A stretch of DNA of 64,000 nucleotides from Chloroflexota bacterium (GCA_036752825.1 DAIORV010000004.1:2580-66579); one strand, 5' to 3'; shown: positions 8,684 through 17,369, numbered from the stretch's first letter. Notes: generated from the sequence alone by a model not told the origin. A program made the numbers and translations.

Positions 8684-8714
8684 AGTAAGATGTTTACTAC
8701 CTAAGAGAGTATAG
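8684..8714 (+). promoter_or_regulatory. Putative PadR operator/promoter: AGTAAgatgtTTACT palindrome + TACTACCTAagagAGTATA
   Basis: Inverted repeats in the 55-nt PadR / methyltransferase divergent region. TATACT (minus orientation) could be the -10. A related motif lies at 14549-14576. Confidence 0.4.
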
Positions 8715-8731
8715 CGCGGGAGGTGGTGTCG

Positions 8732-9589
8732 ATGACAGAGTCAACAGCGTTGGAAGTGGACCCGACCAACACCGGGCAAGCCCGGGCCTGGGACGGCGAT
8801 GAAGGCAGCTATTGGGCTGCGCATGCCGAGCGCTTCGACCGGGGAGTGGCCGCCTACCACGACACCTTCATGGCCGCGGCCGGCATTGCCAGTGGCGAGC
8901 GGGTGCTCGACATCGGCTGCGGCACCGGACAGACGACCCGCGACGCCGCCCGAGCAGCCAGCGAAGGCTCGGCGTTGGGCGTAGACTTGTCGGTTCGGAT
9001 GATCGAGCTGGCCCGCGGTCTCGCCGCCGAGGCCGGCATCGGCAACGCGACCTTCGAGCAGGCCGACGCCCAGATCCACCCCTTCACTGCCGGGTCGTTC
9101 GATGCCACCATCTCGCGCACCGGAACGATGTTCTTTGGCGATCCGCAAGCGGCCTTCGCGAACATCGCTCAAGCCGTACGTCAGGGCGGCCGACTGACGA
9201 TGTTGGTGTGGCAGGGGCTCGAGTCGAACGAGTGGATCCGCGAGCTCAGCGGCGCGTTGGCTGCTGGGCGGGATCTCCCAACGCCGCCGGTGGGTGCTCC
9301 TGGACCGTTTGCACTCGCCGATCCTGACCGGGTCAGGAACCTCCTGAGTTCTGCGGGCTACTCGGGCGTCGAGCTCGAGGCGCTGCACGCGCGGATCTGG
9401 TTCGGTTCCGATCCCGACGACGCGCACCCCTTCGTGCTCGGACTGATGGGCTGGATGCTCGAGGGTCTGGACCCCAGCGGGCGCGAGCGGGCGCTGGACG
9501 CGCTCAGAGCTACCGTCAATGCCCATTCAACTAGCGACGGAGTCACCTTCGCCTCCGGTGCTTGGCTGATTCGGGCCCGGCGGGGTTGA
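8732..9589 (+). CDS. Class I SAM-dependent methyltransferase
   Basis: Motif I VLDIGCGTGQTT. RBS GGAGG 9 nt before the ATG (M4 of the listed ORF). Divergent from the PadR gene. Confidence 0.8.
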   Translation: MTESTALEVDPTNTGQARAWDGDEGSYWAAHAERFDRGVAAYHDTFMAAAGIASGERVLDIGCGTGQTTRDAARAASEGSALGVDLSVRMIELARGLAAEAGIGNATFEQADAQIHPFTAGSFDATISRTGTMFFGDPQAAFANIAQAVRQGGRLTMLVWQGLESNEWIRELSGALAAGRDLPTPPVGAPGPFALADPDRVRNLLSSAGYSGVELEALHARIWFGSDPDDAHPFVLGLMGWMLEGLDPSGRERALDALRATVNAHSTSDGVTFASGAWLIRARRG

Positions 9590-9600
9590 GGAGCGCCCCG

Positions 9601-9933
9601 GTGAGCTACTTCGCTGTATTTCGCGAGGCCGGTCCGGCGTGGGAGGACGGGAAAGGCGCGTTCAGCCAACCCGCAGTCAACGAGCACGCGGCGTACATAA
9701 GCGCGCTCGCCGATGAGGGAGTCGTTGTCTTCGCCGGCCCGCTGGCAGGAAGCGAGCAGGGCCGTATCCGCGTGCTGCTCATCGCTGACGCAGAGGACGA
9801 AAACACGATCCACGCCTGCCTTGCCGAGGACCCGTGGCAACGCACCAACCGAATCGTGACGACCAGCGTCGAGCCGTGGCACCTCTTCGTCGGCGCAGAA
9901 CGACTCGCAGCCGTGCATGACATCCGAGCGTGA
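9601..9933 (+). CDS. YciI-like domain protein
   Basis: VSYFAVFREAGPAWEDGKG...EHAAYISALADEGVVVFAGPL...LLIADAEDENTIHACLAEDPW. GTG start with RBS GAGGAG. Confidence 0.65.
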   Translation: MSYFAVFREAGPAWEDGKGAFSQPAVNEHAAYISALADEGVVVFAGPLAGSEQGRIRVLLIADAEDENTIHACLAEDPWQRTNRIVTTSVEPWHLFVGAERLAAVHDIRA

Positions 9934-10001
9934 GGGGTGCGCTTCTCGCCCTCAAACGCATGGCCAGCTGACCACGTCCCCCAACCGGGGAGGCCCTGGC
10001 C

Positions 10002-10394
10002 TCATACCGGACCGCCGACGGCGTCGTTGGCCCTTTCCGCCGGGGACCTGGGCTCGGCCGGTTCTAGTCGATAACTCTGCCGCCCGACACGAACCCGACA
10101 CAGGTATGGCGGTCGGTTCGAGGGGACCTTCATGCGCTGCATGGTTTTGAAGACCGTCGTCTCGGCATATCGGGTCCTCGCTGCCGTCATCTCTGCGTAT
10201 ACCTCACGTATCGTGAACACGTGCGCATCCGTGTGCCTCTGAAGCGCCACCAGAGCGGCCACGACCTCGTCCTGACAGTTTCTGGCGGCGAGCTTCCGGC
10301 CTCCAATCCGGAACGAGCCGCCGGCTACCCTGGGGCCGGGGCTCGTATTTGGAGGCATCACTCCACCAGTCACTATTGGGACAACGCCATGCAT
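10002..10394 (-). CDS. Hypothetical small protein with a winged-helix-like core (EVVAALVALQRH...FTIREVYAEM...TVFKTMQRMK...YLCRVRVGRQSYRL). Start uncertain.
   Basis: ORF only. The N-terminal 35 codons have low GC3, so the true start is probably internal. Confidence 0.3.
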   Translation of the reverse strand: MHGVVPIVTGGVMPPNTSPGPRVAGGSFRIGGRKLAARNCQDEVVAALVALQRHTDAHVFTIREVYAEMTAARTRYAETTVFKTMQRMKVPSNRPPYLCRVRVGRQSYRLEPAEPRSPAERANDAVGGPV

Positions 10395-10521
10395 GGCTTA
10401 TCTTGAATAGACGGCAGACCAGAGTAGTAAGCACAGTTGGGCAGCGAGCCGGGACGGTGAAAGCCGGCAAGGAATGTCGAACACACCGGCCGATATCTCG
10501 CACGTGCGGCACCGGATACAG

Positions 10522-10530
10522 TGCTACAAT
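10522..10530 (+). promoter_or_regulatory. Extended -10 TGcTACAAT upstream of tRNA-Ala(GGC)
   Basis: Lies about 34 nt before the mature tRNA 5' end. The same TGnTACAAT element recurs at about 3626, 6277 and 6826. Confidence 0.45.
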
Positions 10531-10563
10531 GAACGGTCTTTTCGCGTGCTCGGGAGAGCTTGC

Positions 10564-10639
<76 letters not shown>

Positions 10640-10674
10640 GACTTCCTCTCCTCCGAGTGATGTGAACGCTACTT

Positions 10675-10731
10675 GGGTGGTATAGCGGGGAACCCTCCGT
10701 CCCAGTGAGGATGGAGGGGTTTTTGATTTCC
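10675..10731 (+). promoter_or_regulatory. T-box-like antiterminator (GGG|UGGUAUA|GCGG...CCGU|CCC) overlapping an intrinsic terminator (CCCTCCGTCC-cagtga-GGATGGAGGG + GTTTTTGATTT) in the leuS leader
   Basis: A 10-bp terminator stem plus U-tract ends about 12 nt before the leuS RBS. The upstream TTGGGTGGTATAGCGG resembles the T-box consensus AGGGUGGNACCGCG, and the UGGU tetranucleotide could pair with the A73-CCA end of tRNA-Leu. Only 35 nt separate it from the tRNA-Ala 3' end, so there is no room for a canonical Stem I. Confidence 0.45.
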
Positions 10732-10743
10732 TGGAGGAAGCAC

Positions 10744-13215
10744 ATGGCAATCATCGAAAATGGACGAACCAAATACATTCCCCAGCAGTTCGAGCGGAAA
10801 TGGCAGGACCGCTGGGAAGAGGAAGGCCTGTACAGAGCGCAGGACTTCTCCGACAAGCCGAAGTACTACCTACTAGACTTCTTCCCTTACCCGTCGGGCG
10901 ACGGTCTTCATGTGGGCCATTCGAAGCAGTACGTAGGGACGGATGTAGCCACCCGCTTCAGACGTATGAGGGGGGACAACGTAATGCATCCCATGGGCTG
11001 GGATGCCTTTGGTCTACCGGCCGAGAACGAAGCAATTCTGCAGCAGATTCCGCCGTACGAGAACGTGCCCAAAAACGTCGCCAATTTCAAGCGACAGCTT
11101 CGTCTGCAAGGCATCTCCTACGACTGGAGTCGCGAGATCAACTCCTCCGAGCCCGACTACTATCGCTGGACTCAGTGGCTGTTTCTATTGATGTTCAAGC
11201 GTGGATTGGCTTACAGGGGCATCGGCATGCAGTGGTGGTGCCCGCAATGTAAGACCATCCTGGCCAACGAGCAGGTGGAGAACGGCTACTGCTGGCGTCA
11301 TCACGATCAGCTGGTCGAAAAAGTGGCGTTGGAGCAGTGGTACTTCCGGATCACCGACTACGCGGAAGAGCTCCTGGAGTCCCTGAACCATCTGAGCTGG
11401 CCCGAACGCATCATTCTGATGCAGCGAAACTGGATTGGTAAGAGCACGGGCGCGGATATCACATTTCAGGCTCGAGATGCTCAAGGAGTCGAGTATCCCA
11501 TCAGGGTCTTTACGACGCGGCCGGACACAATATACGGCGCTACGTTCATGGTCTTGTCGCCGGAGCACCCACTGGTCGATGTTCTGACGACCGAGGAGCA
11601 CAGGGCGCGAGTGACGCAGTACCAGCAGCAGGCGGCCAGGCAGAGTGAGATCGAGAGGCTCTCCGCTGAGCGCGAGAAGACCGGAGTCCCAACCGGCGGC
11701 CACGCCATCAACCCGTTCACTAACAAAGAGATTCCGGTGTGGGTCGCGGATTACGTGCTCATGAGCTACGGCACCGGAGCCATCATGGCCGTCCCAGGAG
11801 GCGACGAGCGCGACTGGGAGTTCGCAAAAAAGTACAGTCTGCCCATCGTCCGAGTTGTCGAGCCGCCCAGCCCCACGGAGGGGTCGGATGACGTCTATGC
11901 GGGTATCGGCGTGATGGTGAATTCGGGTCCCTACGAGGGCATGCAGAGCGAAGACGCCAAGAGCCGGATCATCGCCGAGCTCGAACAGCGCAGTGTCGGC
12001 CACGCGGCGACCAACTACCGCATGCGCGATTGGCTGGTCTCTCGGCAGCGTTACTGGGGCGCTCCCATACCCATCGTCTACTGCGAGAGTTGCGGCATCG
12101 TTCCAGTGCCGGAGGAAGATTTGCCGGTCCTGCTGCCGACCCTGGAACACTTCGAGCCCGGTGAAGACGGCAGGTCACCCCTGGCCCTGGATCCGGACTT
12201 TGTCAACGCTCCCTGTCCAAAGTGCGGGGGCTCCGGCCGTCGTGAAACCGATACGTTGGACACCTTCGTCGACTCGTCCTGGTACTACCTGCGTTTCTGC
12301 AGCCCACACGACGATCAAGCACCATTTGATCGAACCGCTGTCCGCTATTGGTGTCCGCTGGACCTGTACGTCGGTGGTGCCGAGCATGCAGTGATGCATC
12401 TGCTCTATTTCCGCTTTTTCACTAAAGTACTCGCGGATGCCGGTCTGGTGGAGTTTAGGGAGCCGGCGCCACGACTCCTCAACCAGGGAACCATGCATGC
12501 GCCCGACGGCAAACGCATGTCCAAGTCGAAGCACAACGTGATCACGCCGGACAGCGTTGCCGAGCAGTTCGGCGCGGACACCCTGCGTGGCTACATCGTG
12601 TTCATGAGTCCGTATACCGGCGACGCGCAGTGGGATCCGCAAGGCATCAACGGCATCCATCGCTGGCTGGGTCGCGTCTGGGATCTGTGTCAGAAACCAG
12701 CACGGAAGTCAGCCGACCGAGAGCCACAGGCTGAAGAGCTGAAGCGCTGGGTGCACAAGACGATCAAACGTGTGACGGCGGATATGGAATCGCTCGAGTT
12801 CAACACGGCGGTAAGCGCTTTAATGGAACTGACGAATGCGCTTCAGAGGCTGCGCCCCGCTCTCGAGGGCTCAGAGGCCTGGGGATGGGGAGTGCGTTCT
12901 CTGTTGACGTTGGTTGCCCCGATCGCTCCTCACATCACCGAAGAGCTCTGGCATAGCCTGGGGCACCAACGCAGCATCCACCTTGAGAGCTGGCCAACCT
13001 ACGACGATGCTCTGACTCTGGACGAGGTCGTCACTGTGGTCATTCAGGTCAACGGCAAGCTCCGCGACCGCCTGGAGGTGCCACGTGGGACGGAGATGCA
13101 GTCCGTCCAGGAACAAGCACTGGCAAGCAAGCGGGTGCAGCCCTACGTCGAGGGTAATCAGATCGTCAAAGTGATTACCGTGCCCGACAAGTTGGTGAAT
13201 ATAGTCGTACGCTAG
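10744..13215 (+). CDS. leuS: Leucyl-tRNA synthetase
   Basis: YYLLDFFPYPSGDGLHVGHS (HIGH region), KMSKSKHN, CP1 editing domain; ~824 aa. Confidence 0.95.
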   Translation: MAIIENGRTKYIPQQFERKWQDRWEEEGLYRAQDFSDKPKYYLLDFFPYPSGDGLHVGHSKQYVGTDVATRFRRMRGDNVMHPMGWDAFGLPAENEAILQQIPPYENVPKNVANFKRQLRLQGISYDWSREINSSEPDYYRWTQWLFLLMFKRGLAYRGIGMQWWCPQCKTILANEQVENGYCWRHHDQLVEKVALEQWYFRITDYAEELLESLNHLSWPERIILMQRNWIGKSTGADITFQARDAQGVEYPIRVFTTRPDTIYGATFMVLSPEHPLVDVLTTEEHRARVTQYQQQAARQSEIERLSAEREKTGVPTGGHAINPFTNKEIPVWVADYVLMSYGTGAIMAVPGGDERDWEFAKKYSLPIVRVVEPPSPTEGSDDVYAGIGVMVNSGPYEGMQSEDAKSRIIAELEQRSVGHAATNYRMRDWLVSRQRYWGAPIPIVYCESCGIVPVPEEDLPVLLPTLEHFEPGEDGRSPLALDPDFVNAPCPKCGGSGRRETDTLDTFVDSSWYYLRFCSPHDDQAPFDRTAVRYWCPLDLYVGGAEHAVMHLLYFRFFTKVLADAGLVEFREPAPRLLNQGTMHAPDGKRMSKSKHNVITPDSVAEQFGADTLRGYIVFMSPYTGDAQWDPQGINGIHRWLGRVWDLCQKPARKSADREPQAEELKRWVHKTIKRVTADMESLEFNTAVSALMELTNALQRLRPALEGSEAWGWGVRSLLTLVAPIAPHITEELWHSLGHQRSIHLESWPTYDDALTLDEVVTVVIQVNGKLRDRLEVPRGTEMQSVQEQALASKRVQPYVEGNQIVKVITVPDKLVNIVVR

Positions 13216-13578
13216 CTACCCGTGCCTCACGTGTGAGTGCTGTGCAGGCTTGTGGTGAGCCGACGTCGCACTCGCTAGCGAACCGCCAATTCCAAGGACT
13301 CCCAACGCCATGCCTGAGGCAAGCGCCAGCGCAAGACCAATTTGAGTTCTTCGCTTTGGCCGGTAGACCGTGTCGAACTGGGTAACGATTTCGTCCGGGT
13401 TCCCCAAACGGGAGAGGCTTTCTCGTGCCGCATCCGGCGGCGTCAGACCGCTTAGCTCCAGCTCCCGTCGCGAGTCTTCAAGGTGAGCTCGAAGCTCCCG
13501 CTCGATGGATCGGCGCATGCGCGCCGATACTCTCAAAGTCCGTGTCAGCTGTTCGACGGCATCTCGTCCCATGATCAT
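13216..13578 (-). CDS. PadR-associated DUF1700/HAAS-type membrane protein
   Basis: N-terminal helical region (AVEQLTRTLRVSARMRRSIERELRAHLEDS...GNPDEIV) followed by a C-terminal TM segment. Immediately follows the PadR gene, which is the usual arrangement. Confidence 0.6.
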   Translation of the reverse strand: MIMGRDAVEQLTRTLRVSARMRRSIERELRAHLEDSRRELELSGLTPPDAARESLSRLGNPDEIVTQFDTVYRPKRRTQIGLALALASGMALGVLGIGGSLASATSAHHKPAQHSHVRHG

Positions 13579-13931
13579 GATGCCTCGTGAAAGTCTAGTC
13601 CCAGGGTGCCGGTTACCCGGGACATCGCGTGCACGAACGACTGCCATTCGGTCAATTTTTCCTCGAGAGCGTTCTTGCCCTTGCCCGTCAGGGCGTAGTA
13701 GCGACGTTCGCTCCCGCTCGGCATGGTTTCCCATCGTGCAGATAGAAGTCCCTGCTTCTCGAGGCGATGAAGGATTGGATATAGCGTGCCCTCCTTGAAG
13801 CGAAAGAAGCCTTCGCTGCGCCGTTCCAGTTCCTTGAGCACGTGGTAGCCGTGCATCTCCCCCTGCACGAAGGCGGAGAGAACGAGCGTGTCTGCGGCGC
13901 CCTTTAGCAACTCTCTGGAGTAGCTAGCCAT
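13575..13931 (-). CDS. PadR-family transcriptional regulator
   Basis: MASYSRELLKGAADTLVLSAF...HGYHVLKELERRSEGFFRFKEGTLYPILHRLEKQGLL. Confidence 0.85.
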   Translation of the reverse strand: MASYSRELLKGAADTLVLSAFVQGEMHGYHVLKELERRSEGFFRFKEGTLYPILHRLEKQGLLSARWETMPSGSERRYYALTGKGKNALEEKLTEWQSFVHAMSRVTGTLGLDFHEAS

Positions 13932-14535
13932 GATGATCTCCTGCCGTGAACGGGGGGTGAAGCGTGATCGAGGGAAGAGGCGGGACGGGCACCCGCAGCG
14001 AGAATAGGTGCAGATCACTTGGCGGCCAGTACGAGACCCAGGCCTTGCCGATTATGTACTGCTTGGGCAGCCAACGCCACAGATGAGAGTCCTGGCTGTC
14101 GTTCCTGTTGTCCCCGAGAACGAAATAATCGTTCGGCGGCACCTTTGCGGCAGGGAAATCGTAGGTGGGTCGGTGGTACTGATCGATATATGGCTCGATC
14201 AGCTTCTTCCCGTTGATCCACACATAGTCGTTGTGCACGGCGACCGTCTCTCCCGGCAATCCAATCACACGTTTGATGAAGTCGGCGTCGGGTCGCCCGG
14301 CAGGGGTCGCATGAAACACTATGATGTCTCCCCGTGACGGCTTCCCAATCATGTAGTCCACCTTATTCACGAGAATGTACTCGCTGTTGTGGAGATTCGG
14401 GGACATTGAGTCGCCCTCGACCTTGAAGTTTTGGAGGGCGACCCGCACCACGAGAAATATGGCGATGGTCAGGACTGCCGTTTCAAGAAGCTCTCGAACA
14501 ATGCCGCGGCGACCTAACAGCTCCAGCCTCCCCAA
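13924..14535 (-). CDS. lepB: Signal peptidase I
   Basis: N-terminal TM, GDSMSPNL (Ser box), KRVIGLPGE, VLGDNRNDSQDS. Confidence 0.9.
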   Translation of the reverse strand: MGRLELLGRRGIVRELLETAVLTIAIFLVVRVALQNFKVEGDSMSPNLHNSEYILVNKVDYMIGKPSRGDIIVFHATPAGRPDADFIKRVIGLPGETVAVHNDYVWINGKKLIEPYIDQYHRPTYDFPAAKVPPNDYFVLGDNRNDSQDSHLWRWLPKQYIIGKAWVSYWPPSDLHLFSLRVPVPPLPSITLHPPFTAGDHHG

Positions 14536-14548
14536 TACCTAGCGACGC

Positions 14549-14576
14549 TACTACCTAGTAATGCTAAGTATAAGAG
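14549..14576 (+). promoter_or_regulatory. Putative PadR operator/promoter of the lepB-padR-DUF1700 operon: TACTAccTAGTA palindrome + AGTATA
   Basis: Shares TACTACCTA...AGTATA with the element at 8684-8714, which sits upstream of the other PadR gene. The region is AT-rich. Confidence 0.4.
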
Positions 14577-14625
14577 CCACGCGTCCATTCCGCAAGCCGA
14601 AACCGCTTGGAGTTCAACAGTGGCA

Positions 14626-15882
14626 CTACTTCTTGGGTTTGGCGGTGGCCTTCGGCTTGGCGCCGACTGTTGAAACCGCGACCGGAGTTGTCACGACCGC
14701 CGGACTTGTCGCCTGAGTCAGTGGATTCACCGTGGGAATTTCATTCTGACCGGGCAGATCGGCCGCCTTGATGAACTTTTGAACGCCAAGGACCGCTTGC
14801 TGCTTTTGCAGCCACGTCCCGTACGCGGTTTGCTGCTCTTGCGTAAGAGCGCTGCCGGTGACCTTGGCCTTCTCTCGTCCGGTGACCTTGATGATGTGCC
14901 AACCGTATTGGCTGTGCACCAACCGGATCTCTCCCACCTTCATCGAGAAAGCAGCCTTGTCGAACGGAGCCACCATCGTGTGTGGCGCAAAGTAGCCCAG
15001 ATCTCCGCCGACCTTCGCGCTGGCCTTGTCTATCGAATACTTTTGGGCCAGCGCGGCAAAGTTTGCGCCGTGCTGGGCCTTCGCCAGCAGCTGCTGTGCG
15101 AGCGTTTTGCTCTTGACCAGGATGTGACTGGCTCGCACTTTGGTGGTGAAGCGATTTACGGTCTTTCCGACGGCAGTCTGGATCTTGGTCTGAAGAATCT
15201 GGGCAGTGACGATCTGTTGCAGCTCACCGTATGACAGTTCTGAGTCCGAGAGGAACTTGTTGAAATAATCCTTGCCGCCTTGCGATTTCTTCACGTCTGT
15301 CATAGCCTTGGAGACTTCGGACGGCTTCAGCGTGACGCCGGCCGCGTGGTAGCGCTGTAAAGCCGTCTGAGCATCCAGCAGCTCGGTAAGAGAGCCGGAA
15401 GTCAACGACTGGAGCTGGCTTTGGGCCTGGCTAATCTGCTGCTGCACCAGCGATAGCTGAGCGGCATTCTTGGCGCCGGTGAGCTGCGCTTCCTGCTGTT
15501 GAAGCGTCGAAATGTTGGATTGCAGCTGCAGACTCTGAAAGTGCACGAAGCGCTTGAAATAACCGGTTGAAATCGTATACGAACCGATCTTTGCTACCGG
15601 CTTGGAGTTCGCCTGACTCTGCTGGATGGGCGTGATTACGTTGTCCCAGAGCAATCCCCACCCCAGGATGGCTGCCACGATGACCGCCAGCGCGATGCCC
15701 CCAAAGAGCGCAACGCGCTCCTTCATCATTTCCCGCTCGCGGTGATTTAGCTCTCCACCTAGGCCGAAAAGGAATGGCCGTCGTTCCGGTTCGTTGATAA
15801 CGGTGGGGACCCGACGCTGCGGCGCTCTCCGCTTTCGACGGGAGATGCCGTCCGATTGCGCCTCGTCTGATTGCGTGCTCAC
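14626..15882 (-). CDS. Parvulin-type peptidyl-prolyl cis-trans isomerase (PrsA/SurA-like), membrane-anchored, Q-rich linker
   Basis: PpiC domain ASHILVKSKTLAQQLLAKAQHGANFAALAQKYSID...GGDLGYF...GWHIIKV, with an N-terminal TM helix. Confidence 0.8.
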   Translation of the reverse strand: MSTQSDEAQSDGISRRKRRAPQRRVPTVINEPERRPFLFGLGGELNHREREMMKERVALFGGIALAVIVAAILGWGLLWDNVITPIQQSQANSKPVAKIGSYTISTGYFKRFVHFQSLQLQSNISTLQQQEAQLTGAKNAAQLSLVQQQISQAQSQLQSLTSGSLTELLDAQTALQRYHAAGVTLKPSEVSKAMTDVKKSQGGKDYFNKFLSDSELSYGELQQIVTAQILQTKIQTAVGKTVNRFTTKVRASHILVKSKTLAQQLLAKAQHGANFAALAQKYSIDKASAKVGGDLGYFAPHTMVAPFDKAAFSMKVGEIRLVHSQYGWHIIKVTGREKAKVTGSALTQEQQTAYGTWLQKQQAVLGVQKFIKAADLPGQNEIPTVNPLTQATSPAVVTTPVAVSTVGAKPKATAKPKK

Positions 15883-15906
15883 TCGTACTCCTGGATGTCG
15901 CTGTGC

Positions 15907-16236
15907 CTATAGACCAATGCGGTTTGCTTGCTCGGGTGTGTACGGAAGAAGTGCCAGCAAGCGGGCACGTTTTATTGCCATGGTTAGACGTCGCTGATGC
16001 TTTGCGCAGGTGCCCTTCTTGCGCCGAGGCTCGATTTTGCCTCGCTCCGATATGTACCTGCGTAGTCGCGCCAGATCCTTGTAGTCGATCTCTTGAACGC
16101 GGTCGACGCAGAACTCGCAGACCTTTCGACGGTTGTAGCTGCGGTAGTCTCGCCGCGGACGTCCGCCTTCGGGTCGCCCCTGCGAACCATGTCCTTCGCG
16201 CGGTGGACCGCCCTGGCCGGGTGCATAACTAGCCAA
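15907..16236 (-). CDS. rpsR: 30S ribosomal protein S18
   Basis: RRKVCEFC...IDYKD...[42 protein letters not shown]. Confidence 0.9.
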   Translation of the reverse strand: MASYAPGQGGPPREGHGSQGRPEGGRPRRDYRSYNRRKVCEFCVDRVQEIDYKDLARLRRYISERGKIEPRRKKGTCAKHQRRLTMAIKRARLLALLPYTPEQANRIGL

Positions 16237-16263
16237 CGATTCCTCCTGAAGTCATAGGAAGCC

Positions 16264-16689
16264 CTAGAAAGGCATGGTATCCAAGTCGTCGCCGGCCGGC
16301 GTGGCCGCGGCGGTAAACTCGTCGCCCGACGGCGGCGGCGCAGAGCCCTGGTCCCCACGAGAGCCCAGCATCTGCATCTCGCTCGCGACAAGCTTCGTTC
16401 TATAGCGCTTTTCGCCGGTGTTCTTATCGTCCCAAGACTCCGTGCGCTGCCGACCCTCGATGTAGACCTGCTTGCCCTTTGAAAGGTATTGGTTCGTAAT
16501 CTCAGCCAGTTTGTTCCAGCATTCGACGTTGAACCATTCGGTCTCCTCGCGGCTCTCTCCTTCGGCACTCTTCCAGTTCCGGCTCACGGCAACGCTGAAC
16601 GAAGTTACCGCGGCGCCGCTGGGTGTATAGCGCATCTCCGGGTCGCGTCCGAGGTTTCCGACGATGATGACCTTGTTGATCCCTGCCAT
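16264..16689 (-). CDS. ssb: Single-stranded DNA-binding protein
   Basis: MAGINKVIIVGNLGRDPEMRYT...OB fold...acidic tail ending DDLDTMPF. Confidence 0.9.
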   Translation of the reverse strand: MAGINKVIIVGNLGRDPEMRYTPSGAAVTSFSVAVSRNWKSAEGESREETEWFNVECWNKLAEITNQYLSKGKQVYIEGRQRTESWDDKNTGEKRYRTKLVASEMQMLGSRGDQGSAPPPSGDEFTAAATPAGDDLDTMPF

Positions 16690-16694
16690 ACCTC

Positions 16695-17243
16695 TTACTC
16701 CTCTGACTCGGTCGCCGTCGCTGCGGCCACGGGCTCGTCTACTTCGAGCTCTGCGACAGCCTCTATCGGGACAGCTGATTCTTGATCCTGCTCCTCGCCA
16801 ATTCCCCCGGCAGTTTCCGCCTCCGGTAAAGGAGTAGAAGCCTCATCAGGCATCGATTCATTGGCAGCTTCGCCGACCGGCGTTTGCTCCTGTGGCGGCT
16901 GCGCGGCCACTTGGGGTTGCCGCGCGCGCTGCTGAACCTGCTGCACCTGTAGATCTGTTGCACGAACCACCAGGTAGCGCAGCACGTTTTCGTTGAGCTT
17001 CAACCCGTTCTCGAACGAGCGCAGCGCCTGTCCGTCCATTCGAAAGACGGTCGTAACGTAGTACCCGTCACTGAATTCCTTGATGGGGTACGCCATTCGG
17101 CGGCGCGGCGGGTTCCATGGCGCCGTGGCGACCACGTCTCCACCTGTTGACTCCACGCGCCCGATCACCGTTTCCACGGCGGCGCGCGTCTCCTCCTCGT
17201 CTCGATCCGGCCGGACGATGAAGGTCATCTCATACGGGTTCAA
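16695..17243 (-). CDS. rpsF: 30S ribosomal protein S6 with a long Q/E-rich C-terminal extension
   Basis: NPYEMTFIVRPD (compare RHYEIVFMVHPD), then an acidic tail of ~80 aa. Confidence 0.85.
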   Translation of the reverse strand: MNPYEMTFIVRPDRDEEETRAAVETVIGRVESTGGDVVATAPWNPPRRRMAYPIKEFSDGYYVTTVFRMDGQALRSFENGLKLNENVLRYLVVRATDLQVQQVQQRARQPQVAAQPPQEQTPVGEAANESMPDEASTPLPEAETAGGIGEEQDQESAVPIEAVAELEVDEPVAAATATESEE

Positions 17244-17292
17244 GGGCCCTCCTTCCCTCGGTGCACGTCCTGAGTCAACGGAGAATCTCCGG

Positions 17293-17327
17293 CCCAGAAC
17301 AGGAAGTAAGCCCCAGCTCGTGGGGCC
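17293..17327 (-). terminator. Hairpin GCCCCA-cgagc-TGGGGC + U-rich tract downstream of mutL and upstream of rpsF
   Basis: Visible as an inverted repeat with an A-run on the + strand. Confidence 0.4.
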
Positions 17328-17369
17328 GGTCCTAGTCTAGCAAAGAGTTGACGCAGCCGGAAAGGGTAG

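Noticed and set aside
8741-9526. Long minus-strand ORF antisense to the methyltransferase, and similar antisense ORFs inside leuS, coxL, kdpB and others (for example 11185-12150, 61920-63227)
   Set aside because: High GC suppresses stop codons on the antisense strand. These ORFs have no motifs and a poor composition pattern, and each overlaps a confidently identified gene.
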